64,000 nucleotides of DNA from Rebecca billardiae RCC1528 (GCA_965240325.2 OZ251230.1:1798001-1862000), one strand, 5' to 3'; counted from the stretch's first letter, positions 12,324 through 24,381 are shown. Translations and numbers: made by a program. The notes: generated by a model not told the origin, from the sequence alone.

Positions 12324-12624
12324 GGCAGTGGACGGAGCTGCTGGCGGCGAGCCCGAGTCTCGAGGAGGCCGAGTGGTGGCGACGACGGCTGGCGCCTGGC
12401 CAGGGCGCGGGTAACCTGCCGCGACCAATGGGCCCGCAAAGCGGTTTCGTCGTTACTGAGCTGTGTGCGTCTCCTATTCTTAGTAAACTGTACTGTCTTA
12501 CTACCTTAGTACTTTTATTAGTTCTGTCATTGCTGTTACCGTAAAGTACAGTACGACGTTTTCGCTTCGTCAACGTCCCGCCGGCGCGGCTTGATCCCAT
12601 GTTGATGTTGGCCACCTACGGAGC

Positions 12625-14184
12625 CTACGCCTGCAGTGCTACAAGTATACCTGCCTCGGCCGCTGGCCGGCCGCGCTGCTGGCTAGGAGCCAGCCGGTGC
12701 CAGCCAGCCGGTGGCCGGAGTCGCTGCACCTCACCCGCCGATGGCGCTGGGGCGTGGACGCTCGCGGGCGCTGCGACCCCGGCGGCGCGCTTGCAGCTGC
12801 ATCCAAACAGCATGCCGCGGTGGGGCGAGATGCCCCCCGCGGTGGGGGGCGCTGCCGTGGACGCGTCCGAGACGTTCGCCGTGAATACCGTGACGGTGTA
12901 CGTAGCTGCAGCGGCGATCCTCTGCGCCCGTCGCGGGCTCGGCACGCGCGCAAGCAGCGGCGCCCAGAGCCGCTCCATGTAGTGGCCCTCCTCAATGTTG
13001 TCTGCGCGGCTGAGCCGCGCGGCGAGAGCCGCCCAGAGCTTGCGCTCGTGCCGCCGCACCTGCGCGCTGGTGGTGGCGAACGTGCCGCCGTAGCACACCG
13101 GGACGAGCGGCTGGCGCAGCCGGCTGAGCACGGCCGTTGCGTCCGCGAGCCCCGCCCCCTCGACCACCGAGGCGATCCACGCGCCGAGCGGCCGCACCGG
13201 CGCGTTGAAGAGCCCGCCCTGCGCTGCAGAGTCGGTCTGCGCGTGCTCCGTCACGTACTGCCGCATCTGAAAGGTGCCGAGGACGCTCAGGTTGTGCCAG
13301 CTGGACCAGGGCTCCTGTACGGGGCAGGCACGGTCCTTGACCCGAGCCCGCGCGAGCGGGCTCAGCTCGCCAGGCGCGGCAGCCGGGCGGAAGCCGCAGC
13401 CGAAGGAGCGCGCGTGCGCCGCACCCGCCAGCGAACACATGGGCACACGCATCTTGTGCGCGTGTGCGACGCCGCCGGCGAAGGAGGAGTCTTTCATGAA
13501 GAAGATCATCGGCGCGAGCGAGTCCCACTGCGTGTGCAGGTGGTGCGCGTACGTGTGGTCGCACCGCCCCACGTTGGGCAGCACCATCACGCGCGCCCCG
13601 GCCGGAGCGCCGAGCACGGGCCGGCCACACTTGGAGTACACGCTCACGCGGCCGACGCGCACGCCGCAGTCTGCGAGCTTCTCGATCGCGGCGTCGAGCC
13701 AGTCGAGCGCGAGGGTGCAGTGCGAGAGGACGATCTCGGCGGACACGGGGGACGCCGGGTCCGCGACGCGGCCGTGGCCGTCGAAGCGGGGCCAGTGCAC
13801 GACGTCCGTCGTGCTGGACGTCAGCGGGTGCCACGTACCTTCGAGGCACGTGTGGCAGAACTGGCACGCGGAGACGTATGAGTCGGGTGGCGGGCGCGGC
13901 TCCGACCTGGCGGTATGCGCGACGCCGTGGGAGTCGATGAATGACATCTCGACGAGCGAGCCGCACCCCCAGGCCGCCTTGGTCATCCTTTTCCGGCAAC
14001 CCTCGGCCGTCGTCGGCGACTTCTTCTCTTTGTACCATCCGTAGCCACCCAGGATTAGCCGCGTGCTGCACGTGCCCAACGCGCGGAACCAGCAGCCCGG
14101 GCCTGGCTGACTCGGGGCTGGTGATATGGCGGCGATCAGAGGGAGGGTAAGACCCGGCAAGAGCACGTGCGTCATTAGCTTCAT
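12625..14184 (-). CDS. Secreted DUF3431-like protein
   Basis: Signal peptide; LPNVGRCDHTYAHHL, YGGTFATT and GHYMERLW motifs. Confidence 0.72.
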   Translation of the reverse strand: MKLMTHVLLPGLTLPLIAAISPAPSQPGPGCWFRALGTCSTRLILGGYGWYKEKKSPTTAEGCRKRMTKAAWGCGSLVEMSFIDSHGVAHTARSEPRPPPDSYVSACQFCHTCLEGTWHPLTSSTTDVVHWPRFDGHGRVADPASPVSAEIVLSHCTLALDWLDAAIEKLADCGVRVGRVSVYSKCGRPVLGAPAGARVMVLPNVGRCDHTYAHHLHTQWDSLAPMIFFMKDSSFAGGVAHAHKMRVPMCSLAGAAHARSFGCGFRPAAAPGELSPLARARVKDRACPVQEPWSSWHNLSVLGTFQMRQYVTEHAQTDSAAQGGLFNAPVRPLGAWIASVVEGAGLADATAVLSRLRQPLVPVCYGGTFATTSAQVRRHERKLWAALAARLSRADNIEEGHYMERLWAPLLARVPSPRRAQRIAAAATYTVTVFTANVSDASTAAPPTAGGISPHRGMLFGCSCKRAAGVAAPASVHAPAPSAGEVQRLRPPAGWHRLAPSQQRGRPAAEAGILVALQA

Positions 14185-14296
14185 GGCTCAAGGCCCGTCG
14201 TCACCGGCGGCCATTGTCACTTTGCATCGTACGTATTTATGGTGGGTGGTCAGTCACCGGAACAAGCTCCCCCAGGCTGCCCCCAGATCACGAGCA

Positions 14297-15499
14297 ATGG
14301 CCGCCGTCGCGCTCGCCGCAGCATTGGCTTTGGGTGGCTTCCAAAGCTTCGTGCCGCATGAGTCGCAAGCAAGCGGGCGAGCGCACCGGCCCTGGCGGCG
14401 GCATTTGCGCGCGCATGTGCTCGCCAGCGAGGGCCAGCCCGACGTCGCATCCATGCGCGCGAGAGAGATAAAGCAGCTGCTCGTCGCCCGCGGAGTGGAC
14501 ACGTCGGGCGTGTTCGAGAAGGCCGATCTCGTTCGCCTCGCTCTCGAGCAGCCTTCCGCGCCTTCGGCGCCACAGCCGGCCCGCACGATCCCGCTACGCC
14601 CGGTCGGCGCGCAGGAAGGCTTCGGCGGCGTATACGCGGGCGACGCAAAGGTCTACCGCAGCATTCAGGCCGAGCTGACAGACATGCAGCGTTCCGTGGA
14701 CCTGGTGATCGACACGGCGTCGTCAAATAGCCTGCTGTCGCCGTCGCTCGCGTCGAGCCTGGGCGGAAGCTCGACGGGGGCGACGGTCACCGCATCATCC
14801 GCGACCGGCGACTCCGCCGGGCTCACGCAGGTGCGGCTCGGCGCAGTTTCTGTGGGCGGCATACCGTGTGGTACGCTCGAACCGGTCGTGATGCAGCTGC
14901 CGCTCGCGGACGCCAGCCTTGGCATCCTTGGCCTCGATGTCCTCGCTCGTCTAGATTTGGACCTACGCTTCGAGCGAGAGGAAGCCGAGGTGTACGAGGC
15001 GAGGACATTCGCGAGCGCCGGTGACACGTCCGGGCTCGCGCCTGTGCTGTGCGCGTTCGGTCCTGGGCGACTGCTCACCATCCGAGTTGCTCTCGTGTCT
15101 GCGCGCGCTGCAGACAGCGCCGCCGCCAGCGCGAGCGGCGCGCCCGTGGTGGCCATCGTCGACTCGGGCAGCCCAACCACGCTTGCCAACTGGGCCGCGG
15201 CATCGGCTGCAGGCATCGAGCGCGATGTCGACACACGCCGCGGCACGCAGGCGGTCATTGGCGTGACCGGTGAGGCCGTCCCGGTCGACGAGGCGGATGC
15301 GGTGGTGCGCATCGAGCCTGCGGCGGGGCAACAGGGAACCATCCAGCGGAGAGTCAAGCTCTCCATCGGAGATGTGCCGATCTTCCAGGCGCTCGGCTTG
15401 CAGGGCACGCCTGCGCTCGTCCTCGGGCTCGACGTCCTGGGCACCAAGCGGCTCGTCTTGGCGGTGGCGGACGGCCGTATCTGGTTGCCCGTACAGTAG
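14297..15499 (+). CDS. Two-lobed retropepsin-like aspartyl protease with N-terminal targeting peptide and SAP/HeH-like module
   Basis: LVIDTASS...GILGLDVL and AIVDSGSP...LVLGLDVL lobes; MRAREIKQLLVARGVDTSGVFEKADLV module. Confidence 0.8.
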   Translation: MAAVALAAALALGGFQSFVPHESQASGRAHRPWRRHLRAHVLASEGQPDVASMRAREIKQLLVARGVDTSGVFEKADLVRLALEQPSAPSAPQPARTIPLRPVGAQEGFGGVYAGDAKVYRSIQAELTDMQRSVDLVIDTASSNSLLSPSLASSLGGSSTGATVTASSATGDSAGLTQVRLGAVSVGGIPCGTLEPVVMQLPLADASLGILGLDVLARLDLDLRFEREEAEVYEARTFASAGDTSGLAPVLCAFGPGRLLTIRVALVSARAADSAAASASGAPVVAIVDSGSPTTLANWAAASAAGIERDVDTRRGTQAVIGVTGEAVPVDEADAVVRIEPAAGQQGTIQRRVKLSIGDVPIFQALGLQGTPALVLGLDVLGTKRLVLAVADGRIWLPVQ

Positions 15500-16105
15500 C
15501 AAGGGCAGTCGTACCGGTCGCGGGTCGGGGCTCGGCCCGCGACTCGGACCGGGCACCGGGTGACCGGCGGCGCTGGGCGGTGGCGCCGCGGCCTGGCCGG
15601 GCCGCGCCCCGAGGCCGAGCAGCTAGTCGCGGATTCACCCCAGTCCCCCGCCGCAGCTCGGGCCGAGGCGGCCGACGACGCGGGCCGCCGGCGCCGCACT
15701 GGGGACAATTGGGCGGCACGCACTGTCATTGTCAAGTGACAAGTGTCAGCAGTGGTGCCACTGGCACTTCGTCAGTAATCCATATCACTCCGTCAGTCTA
15801 AGCCCGGCTAATAATCCCGTCCGTGATCAACTGCGGCCCCGAATCGTCGTTACGGTTAATACTATTATACTAAAAATAAAATCTCGGCACCGAGACAGTC
15901 GGCATCAACTTGAACAGCCTCGGACGACGACGACGCGGGCAACTACATGATGACCAGCAAGGCCGACGACGACTGCAAAACAGCGGCATCCCCGGGCGCC
16001 TACTGTACTACCTCAGTGACCGTGTGATCAGCATCGGTTACGACGACTCCCTCACCCGCGGCCAACGCGCTACGACATCCTCCATTAACTCCATTCAGTA
16101 CTTCG

Positions 16106-16377
16106 ACAGACGAATCAGGAGAGCTGCGCCCTCGTGCCTGTGTCTTTAAATCATAGAATTAGTCCGAGTCCTCGCCTTTGATTTCGTACCCATGCACTTC
16201 CTGGTGGGCCTGACGACGTCGTCCGGACGACCGACAACAACGACATCCGCCATGGGGACCAACATCAACGCGCTCACACCACTGCCACTGCTGCAAGCTT
16301 CGACCAGTACCACTACAGACGAATCAGGAGAGCTGCGCCCTCGTGCCTGTGTCTTTTTAAAATCATAGAATTAGTCC
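16106..16377. repeat. ~60-bp direct repeat pair
   Basis: ACAGACGAATCAGGAGAGCTGCGCCCTCGTGCCTGTGTCTTT..AAATCATAGAATTAGTCC at 16106-16165 and 16315-16377. Confidence 0.85.
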
Positions 16378-16867
16378 ATTAATGTTATCTGAGTCTTATC
16401 GACTAGTCCGCTACGGATTGATTGTAGGACTTCTGCTAGTGCTACTCTCGTAGTAGTGTTGAACTATGCTGGATGACCGCGCACAACAAATCATAGCGGC
16501 AGTCGACGGTCTGGCAGGCTGCTGCTTTTAGGAGCTTTGGCATCAAGACGTGACAGTACGACATTCTCGACGAGTGACCCGCGCTGGGCGGCCGTCGGCG
16601 GCAACCGGGCGGACCGCCTGTGGCCCGCGGCAGCTTAGGGCGTCTAGCGCCACGGGTTCAACGGAAAACATCGAGAACGACAGGGCGCTCCGTAGATGAA
16701 GAATGCGCAGGACCATGCCGGGCTGCCCCGCTAACTATGTGCGTGCCTGCGCGAGGAGAGCACACGCCTGCGCCACACAATGCACATACAGAGCAACGTT
16801 GCGCGCACGTGAGAATGGTGAGCGCAATGCGTGTGTAGAGCGGTGGGGTGCATTGCAGCAGCGCACC

Positions 16868-17136
16868 TGTGACATGAGTCTATGCGCGCTTGGGCTGGCG
16901 CCCAGCTCTTTTGAGCGGAGGAAGACGCGCGGGAGCAGGGGCGCCTCGTCGCCGTTGGAGGTCTCGGCAATGATGCGCTTCACATCGCGGATCGAGGCCA
17001 TAGGCGTGTGCACCTGGTCGAGGTTGTAGACCGTCTTCTTTGGCTGCGCCACAGAGGACCCAGGCGGTGAGCCAGCGAGCGTCGAGGCGTTCGACTGCTC
17101 AGTGTCGCGACGGGGGATCGCCACCGCCGAGCTCAT
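16868..17136 (-). CDS. Probable first exon of a small hypothetical protein
   Basis: MSSAVAIPRRDTEQ...HRLMSQ reads as coding and ends at a CAG^GTGCGC donor; no family recognised. Confidence 0.4.
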
Positions 17137-18110
17137 TCGTGTGTGCGGTCGCGCGCGGAGTGCGGACGGCGATCTCAGTCGCAGTGCGAGCGCATGAACA
17201 GGCGTGCAAACGCCGCGCGAGCACTGCGCGCCGATTGGCCGCGCCGAAAGGCGCACTCACGCCGATCACAATAATTACGGGTTCGCAGTGATTGCAATCG
17301 CGCGCCACCGCGTTCCGTCATCGAGGGTGTCGCCCCAAATCTTGTTGCTGATGAAATCCCTTAATCCCAACGGCCAAATCGATCACTAAATCAGGTCGTG
17401 TTTTGCAATGGCGGCCGCCCATAGTGGTCAAGAATGGCGGTGATGACCCTCTTCAATAACCTGCCACGGCGCCAGTCTACGCAACCGGCTTCACTGACAC
17501 TGACCGCCTCCTCGTAGGCCGCATGTACCGGCCTAAATTGCCGGTCGGTTCGCCTTCAGGCATCGTGACGTTGTCACTGTGATGACAGCGCTCACAGGCG
17601 TCGACGGTCTTGCGGTCCGAGCGGTGCCGCGAAGTGCTGAGTCAGAGAGGCTGAGAATCTCCCGCGCCTGCGGCCTTTGGGCCCTGCCTGCCGGTTGAGG
17701 GACTCACCGCAGTACTTGGCTAACTCTGCAGACACTGACCGCGGTACTGTCGTCGGGATGGCAGTGTGGAGTACACGGTACGCGGGCCGCACCGTTGCCG
17801 CGCCCCGCATGATTCTGCAGCGTCCGGACCCGCTCTCGGTTGGCGACAAGGCGGCGGCTGCCAAGGCAGGCCGGCGTGGGGTCAAGCCGGGTGACCACTG
17901 ACCGGCCGGCCAGTGATGCCCTCACTACACTGAGTTAGTGTTAAATTGGCAACCGACTCGGTCTGGTCTGTCCGAGTGTCGCGCGGTCCGTGCGGCCCGT
18001 GGCCGTGGCCCGTGAGCGCGACGAGTACCGTCGGACTCTGAGTGCCGCAGTCTCTGGCGGAGCCAACCGTGGTGTTATACTGTTCGATCACGGACGACCG
18101 TAGGGTATTA

Positions 18111-19686
18111 TGGCCCGCGGTGCAGGGCGGAGCGCGCAGCGTGGAGCCCGCACCAGCGGGCCCGAACCACGTTTCAAAAAGATCTTTGATCAAAGAAAAA
18201 AGGGACGGGGGACGATTTTCAGGGCTGGAGGAGACCGAGTTTCGAATTTTGAGACTCCCTTACAGGTGCATCCTCGTCGAAAAAGGGCGCGTCCGCCGTC
18301 TTGAATAGTGAACAGAGGAATCAACGAAACCCGCGCCCAAGTGTGCGAGGCAGGGTAATTGTGGGTAGACTCTCCTTAATGTAGTGTGACCATAGTAAAA
18401 TAATATGGCCTCGCCGCTGCAAGATGCCAAGAACGACCGTTGACATAATCGTCCAACCAACTCCAATAGTGCGAGAGATTGAAAATACCCGCCGCAGCTA
18501 TCCGTATAGTCGGAGCCGGAGGGGGCGCGGCGCGCGGCGTGTGCGGCCCGCGTTTGTACGCCGCGGCTGCGGCGACAGGAGCTCAAGGAGGCGCCAGCCA
18601 CGAGCGACCGACGGGTGAGGACGGCGATGGGCAGGTGCGCGCGGCGAGTGGCGCCTGGAGCGCGCGGCTGTGGCGGGTCCCGACTGCCGTCGACATCGCG
18701 TTCGTGCCCCCGCTCACTCCGCGCGCCCCCGCCGCCCCGTGTCGATGCCTGTGCGCGGCCGCGCGCGTCGCCCGGGGCGCCCCGCTGCCGCGCCGCGGCA
18801 GCCGCCCTGTATTCGGGCTCTCGCAAGCTCGGGGGCAGCGGCGCCTGATGCCGGACTGATCGATCTCTGAGTCTTCGACTTCACCACGCGCCGCCCTTGC
18901 CATGCCTTTCCGGGGAGCGCCGACGATCCGAGTCCATCGTCGACGGTCGACCGAGTCTGAGCGAGGGCTACGCCTCGGAACTGAACGGTACTCTACGAGG
19001 AGGACGAGCTGCGCGGGCGACGGTGGTGCGTGCCGTCCCCAGAGCTGGCTGTGCCTCTGCAACGCGTGCCGAGCCTGATCGAGGTGTGTCCGCCCGTGCA
19101 CGCGCGGCGTGCGCGAACGATCTGTGACTGCGGTGCCCTCGAACCTCGGCACTGCGTGCCGTCCCTCGGGCTGTCAGCTCCGCGTGGCCTGGCGTGCACG
19201 TAGAGTTGCGCTCATGCGTCGATCACGCCTCGCGCCCGCCTGTCGGCCGTCGCGCAGGCGCTGGTCGAACCCTACTCGGACCAGTGCAAATCATCTAACT
19301 ATCCTGGCGCTGCCGGTGCGCGGTGACCCGGGACAGCGGTCACAGTCAGCAGCACGGCGGCCCGAACGAATCCGCGGCCCCGCACCGTGCTCCCTGGCGG
19401 TCAGCTTCGCGTGGCCTGGCGTGCACGTGGAGTCGCGCTCATGCGTCGATCACGCCTCGTCGCATCCGCCTGTACACAATCGGCGCCGCGCCGGCGGCTG
19501 CGAAGTGCGATGGGCCCGCCCGCGGCGCGGCGGGCCGGCGGCGCGCCGCTGCCCGCTGGTGGAGAGTCTAGTTGTACGGGCATGCAACTCCGGGTCTGTC
19601 AATGGACGACTGCGACGGAGGGTGCACCGCCACCGCGGGCCCTGAACTACGTTCGTTCTACGGAAAAGGACCGCGGAACGCGGTCA
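18111..19686 (+). mobile_element. Family A element A4 (alpha body)
   Basis: Both termini present; TTA^TGGCCC...GGTCA^TTG. Confidence 0.9.
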
Positions 19687-19774
19687 TTGTTACTGCTGTT
19701 GTAACTGTAGGTACCAGGTATAAGCATAGTACATGGTAGCTGAGGCTGCTGCAGCGCGCCGACTCACCGTCGGC

Positions 19775-20743
19775 TCACCACTCGCGCTGGATGTGCTCAT
19801 GAACCTTCCGCCGGCACCATGCCATCAGGCTCGCATTGGCGCGCTGCCTCCAAGGATGACGCGCAGCGCGCGTCAGTACGGTCGCCGCTTTCAGCCCGCG
19901 CCCACCACGCGTTCGCTCGGGTGGCGCCGCCGCCGCGGCTAGCACGCGCGCCGCGATGCTGCGAAGCACGCCGAACTTCTTGACCTCGTTCCGCCGCCAG
20001 TCGGCCGAGCTGAAGATGCCGGTGAGGTGCACGACGAGTGCGCTTCGCTGGTACGCCGCGTGGTCCTCCGCCCGCCCCATCAGCGCCGGCATCGGCCCGA
20101 TCTGCTTGATGGCGAGCCCGAGCTCTGGCCGCGCCCGCACGATCCGCCAGGGCACAACGCACGAGTTGTGATCCCAGCTGAGCGGGTTGAAGTCGCTGTA
20201 GCCGCGCAGCCACAGCTCGAGGAAGGTTGCGTTCGCGCGCGCGAGCAGCACGCCGTTGTTGATCTTCTCGACGCCGACGAACTTCTCGTACCCGCCGATG
20301 AAGTCCGCGCCGCACCGTCGCAGCGCGTCCAGAGGCTTGAGCACGTACGCGTCGTGATCGATGTACATGCCACCGTGGCGCGACAGCAGACGGATCCGCA
20401 TCAGGTCCGACTTGTGCTGCACGTAGTGGATGCGCCGGCCGCTCACCGCCTCCGGCGCGGGGTGCGAGACGGTGGCGTCGACGATGGCCTTCGCGCACGT
20501 CCATGTGTCGGACGGCGGCGGTGGCTCGTCGTAGTACAGGACGTATGCGTTCGGCCGCTGCACGTAGCGCACGCTCATCATCGCGAGCACCTGCTCCCAG
20601 CGCAGCGTGGCGCCGCCGAGCCAAGGCTGGTGCACCACGTTGGGGATCGGCTGCGCGGCCTTGCCGAATGAGCGGGGGCACACGAATGCGTTTGCCTCGA
20701 TGATCAGCGGTGGGATCAAGGCCAGGACGGCGAGGAAAGGCAT
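19775..20743 (-). CDS. GT32 (DXD-motif, Gly_transf_sug) glycosyltransferase, paralogue 1
   Basis: Signal peptide; IPNVVHQPW; HKSDLMRIRLLSRHGGMYIDHD; NNGVLLA. Confidence 0.85.
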   Translation of the reverse strand: MPFLAVLALIPPLIIEANAFVCPRSFGKAAQPIPNVVHQPWLGGATLRWEQVLAMMSVRYVQRPNAYVLYYDEPPPPSDTWTCAKAIVDATVSHPAPEAVSGRRIHYVQHKSDLMRIRLLSRHGGMYIDHDAYVLKPLDALRRCGADFIGGYEKFVGVEKINNGVLLARANATFLELWLRGYSDFNPLSWDHNSCVVPWRIVRARPELGLAIKQIGPMPALMGRAEDHAAYQRSALVVHLTGIFSSADWRRNEVKKFGVLRSIAARVLAAAAAPPERTRGGRGLKAATVLTRAARHPWRQRANASLMAWCRRKVHEHIQREW

Positions 20744-21096
20744 GCCTAGTCTCGCCTTCGCTCGTGCGCGAGGCGCATGCTCAGTTGCCCTCACACACGG
20801 ATCGACGCGCCTGCTTGCCCGGGTGCCTGGAGAGCTCAGCCAACGCCTGCTCGAACACGCATGAAGGCAACGATACAGCGATGCGTCGATCGCCTCCATC
20901 AAAGACGCCCTTGGGCGTGCCACCCCCGACGCATCGCCCGCCATCGCCCAGAACCTAGGCGATTTTCGTCTCGTGTCGTCGATCAATTTCCGCCGATATG
21001 GCGGGCCGTAGGTCCGCCCCTTGTAGTGCCCGGGAAAAAGATAAGAAAAAGATAAGAAAAAGAAAATCCTCGCAAAGAAAAGAAAATCGCCTCGCT

Positions 21097-22325
21097 CACT
21101 ACCGGGCGCCCTCGCAGCTCCCACTGGGGACGCTCGGCCGAAAACCATCTGGCGCCTGGCGCGGAGCGCGTGGGCGGCGCGCGCCGAATCCAACGCCAGC
21201 GCGGACATCGTGAGAGGACTCCCGAACGGTGTTTTCGCCCGATTCGCGATTGCTGCCCTCGTCGTCTCGCGTGCAGGTCGAACGAGGGCCAAAGTCGACG
21301 CGTTTGGAGGTACGCTCGGCGCGTCGACACGATCGTGCGACCTGGGGCGGTCCTCGCCCGACTTGCACGTCGAGCGCTCGCATGAGCCATAGCATCAAGC
21401 GCTGCGCACGATGGCCGCCTCGCTCGATTCACCGTCGCGCGTCGGGCTCGGTGCGGAAAGGCCCTCATCACGAGGTGTCTCGCGGGCGGGAAGCGCCATC
21501 CCACGCGACGCAAGATTTGGCGCGGCCTTCTGAACACCATAACCGGAATCCACACACCGGACTATGTATCCAGGTGCCCCGGTTGGCAAGGTCGGGCGCA
21601 TGCAAATCCGTTTGCTACGGTCGGTGGCGTTGTCCGGCCTGCATGGCGTCGACGGTGGCCAATGCGACGGAGGGGCAGCGCAAAGCGGCGTACGACGCGC
21701 ACTGCACGCACCTGCTGGGTCTGCCGCCGTGGCAGGAATCGCGTCTTCGCGAGTCGGCGACTGAGGCGACAGCGCGCTATCACCGATCCCAGATGCGCAC
21801 TGTCCGCGACGAGATGAAACGTCGCGCGTGCAGAATCGCCGCCCCATCCTCCACCATGGCACGGGCGCTGCGGGACGAGGCCGACGTCGTGAAGCCGGTG
21901 ACGCATGCGCTGCGCTTCCTGTGCCTGCTCGAGCAGCGCGTGCCCACCCTCGATCGCGAGTGGCACACGCTCTCGCACTGCGCGCGCGCGCACCACCAAC
22001 AGCTCCTGATACCGCCGAACGTGCGAGTGCCGGACCTGTCGCACGGAGCGGCGAGCGCCGACGAACGCTTGGACCTGGACGCGCTGTTGCGCAGCGTGGC
22101 GGCCGTGCACGACGCCGACGCGACCTTCGCCGAACCTCGTGCCCGGAGCGGACATTGGCATCCTCGCGACACACGATCTCAGCTGGCGGCAGGAGGAGAT
22201 GCTCTTTCGTCATCCTGCCCGTAAAAACGCTAAAAGGCGCGAACCCGCTGGGGAAATATTGCGACAGCACTGGCACGGCCCGCCGACCCCCCCGCCCGCC
22301 AGGGCACAGTTTGATTTTGTAGTGC
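21097..22325 (+). mobile_element. Repeat family C, copy 2 (possible CACTA-like ends)
   Basis: Paralogous to 329-2170; begins CACTAC and ends TTTTGTAGTG; no matching TSD; internal ORF remnant from 21643. Confidence 0.55.
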
Positions 22326-22511
22326 CTCTGCCCCAGCGCACTCGCTCATCGCCGCCGGGCGCCGGCGCGCGCCGGTTATTCGGGTTAAGCCTTTGCCACA
22401 CTGACAGGATGCTGATGCACGGGCATCAGCTCGCGCACAACCACATCCGCAAGTTCAAAACAACCGTCGCACGATGTCACATCCGCATGGCGGGGAAGCC
22501 CATCACTGAGT

Positions 22512-23507
22512 TTACGAATGAAGTTGCCGGCGCTGACGCCGGCGGGTCCGCCGCCACGACTGCTCGACTGCTCTTCGCACGTGGGTGGCGCACCAACGGC
22601 GCAGGCTTGAGTTCCGCCCGCCGTCGTGCGACGAGCCTGCAGCCTCCATGGCGGCCGCCGCGCCGAGCACTCGCTCGCTGATCGTGCGCAGCACGCGGTA
22701 CTTGTGCACGGCCTCTTGGCGCCATGGCGCGTTGAACAACCCCGTCACGTGCGCGACGATCGCGGTGTGGAAGTACTCGTCGGTCTTGGCCGCGCTCAGG
22801 TGCACGGGGATCGGGCCGATCTCGCGCACCGGCAGGGCCAGGCCGGGGTGCTCCTGCGCCAACTTCCACGGCACGATGCACGAGTTGTAGTCCCACTGCG
22901 AATGGTCGAAGTTCTTGTACCCGTCACGCCACAGCTTGAGGAAGGTCGCGTTGGGCCGCGCGAGCAGCACGCCGTTGTTGAGCTTCTGCACGTCCGCCGA
23001 CCACACCTCGTGCCCGCCCATGAAGTCGGCGCCGCACCGGCGCAGCGGATCCATCGTGCGCAGCACGAACGCGTCGTGGTCGACGTACATGCCGCCTTGG
23101 GCCTCCAGGAGGTCAATCCGCATCAGGTCGGACTTGTGCTGAGGGTAGAGCAACCGTTGGCCGTGGATCGTGGCGCGCGGCTCTTTGTACACGGCGCGAT
23201 CGACGAGTGCCTGTGCACACGCCCACGTCGCCGACGCACTCGGGGCCCTGTCGTAGTACAGGACGTACTCGAGCGGCCGCAGCACGTAGCGCACGCTCAT
23301 CATCGCGAGCACCTGCTCCCAGCGCAGCGTGGCGCCGCCGAGCCAAGGCTGGTGCACCACGTTGGGGATCGGCTGCGCCGCCTTGCCGAACGAGCGGGGG
23401 CACACGAAGGCGCTTGCGCCTACGCCCAGCGAAGCGCCGAGAGCCACCGCCAGGAGTGCCACGGCACACACGCGTGGGGAGCGCGCATGCAAGCGCGACG
23501 CCGCCAT
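22512..23507 (-). CDS. GT32 glycosyltransferase, paralogue 2
   Basis: IPNVVHQPW; HKSDLMRIDLLEAQGGMYVDHD; homologous to 19775-20743. Confidence 0.85.
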   Translation of the reverse strand: MAASRLHARSPRVCAVALLAVALGASLGVGASAFVCPRSFGKAAQPIPNVVHQPWLGGATLRWEQVLAMMSVRYVLRPLEYVLYYDRAPSASATWACAQALVDRAVYKEPRATIHGQRLLYPQHKSDLMRIDLLEAQGGMYVDHDAFVLRTMDPLRRCGADFMGGHEVWSADVQKLNNGVLLARPNATFLKLWRDGYKNFDHSQWDYNSCIVPWKLAQEHPGLALPVREIGPIPVHLSAAKTDEYFHTAIVAHVTGLFNAPWRQEAVHKYRVLRTISERVLGAAAAMEAAGSSHDGGRNSSLRRWCATHVRRAVEQSWRRTRRRQRRQLHS

Positions 23508-24381
23508 CTTTCCCGCCACGCTGGGCAGTCTGACTCGGCTTGAGCGAGCGCCGTGGCGCTGCGCATCCGTCCGGTAGCTCCCGCGCGCCCAACTGGCAAG
23601 GGTGGTCTTCCCGTGGCGGCTTGGCCGGTGTGCTGTGCGCTCGCTCGCGGTCCATGTACAGCTCCCTGGTGCTTGCGTCGCTCACCAACTTCGAGCGTGA
23701 GCAGGGCACACCGGGACGCAAGGCACGTGCGCCTGCCCTTGCGTCCAAGCTTGTCGTACACGCGGCCACGGTCCACCCACCGTCGGCTGCCGCGGCTCAG
23801 CATCGCGGCAGTGCTCGATCGCTCGAACGCTCTGCAGACATTATGCCCAAGACGGTTGGTCCGACAGCTGATGAGCGGGAGGGAGGATCAGGTTTGCCAA
23901 TATCATCTTCTCGGCGCCCAAGGTCACGCACACGATCCGCGCGCAGGGCGGCCTCCGCACCACGTGCAGCCTCGGTCGAGCCGACCGCTGCACCAGTCAT
24001 CCGACCGTCGGCTGCGCACGGCCGCGGGAACCGGCGACGAGGGCTGCATCGGCCCGGCTCGACGGTCCTCGGCATGGCAAATCGGCTTGACCTTCGGTGA
24101 CGACGCCGAGATTTGTCCCAGTGAGTCAGCGCGGTAGTTTCAACTCGGGCCTCGTCGAGTATTCTGCTCGAGCGAAGTCGGGCCGCCTAAGCTAGTGATC
24201 GGCGGGCAAAATTGTGACAAAATATAATTCAGACTGTGATGGTGTACATATATATGTGACTCGTTCTTACTAATTGATAATGTTGGAGCAGAATCCTGCC
24301 ATCAATAAAGTTACGATGCTCATGCATGCGATCAGCGATATCTGCTGCAGATCCGGCTGCCCAGCGCTGGGCCAGGTAGTG

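Noticed and set aside
16621-16630. TGGCCCGCGG as a further family A 5' end
   Set aside because: It is preceded by G, not A, and similarity stops after 10 nt; a chance match in GC-rich DNA.
20744-21292. N-terminal extension of the 505-aa GT32 ORF
   Set aside because: It reads through repeat C and an A-rich tract; the Met at 20743 gives a signal peptide comparable to the paralogue.
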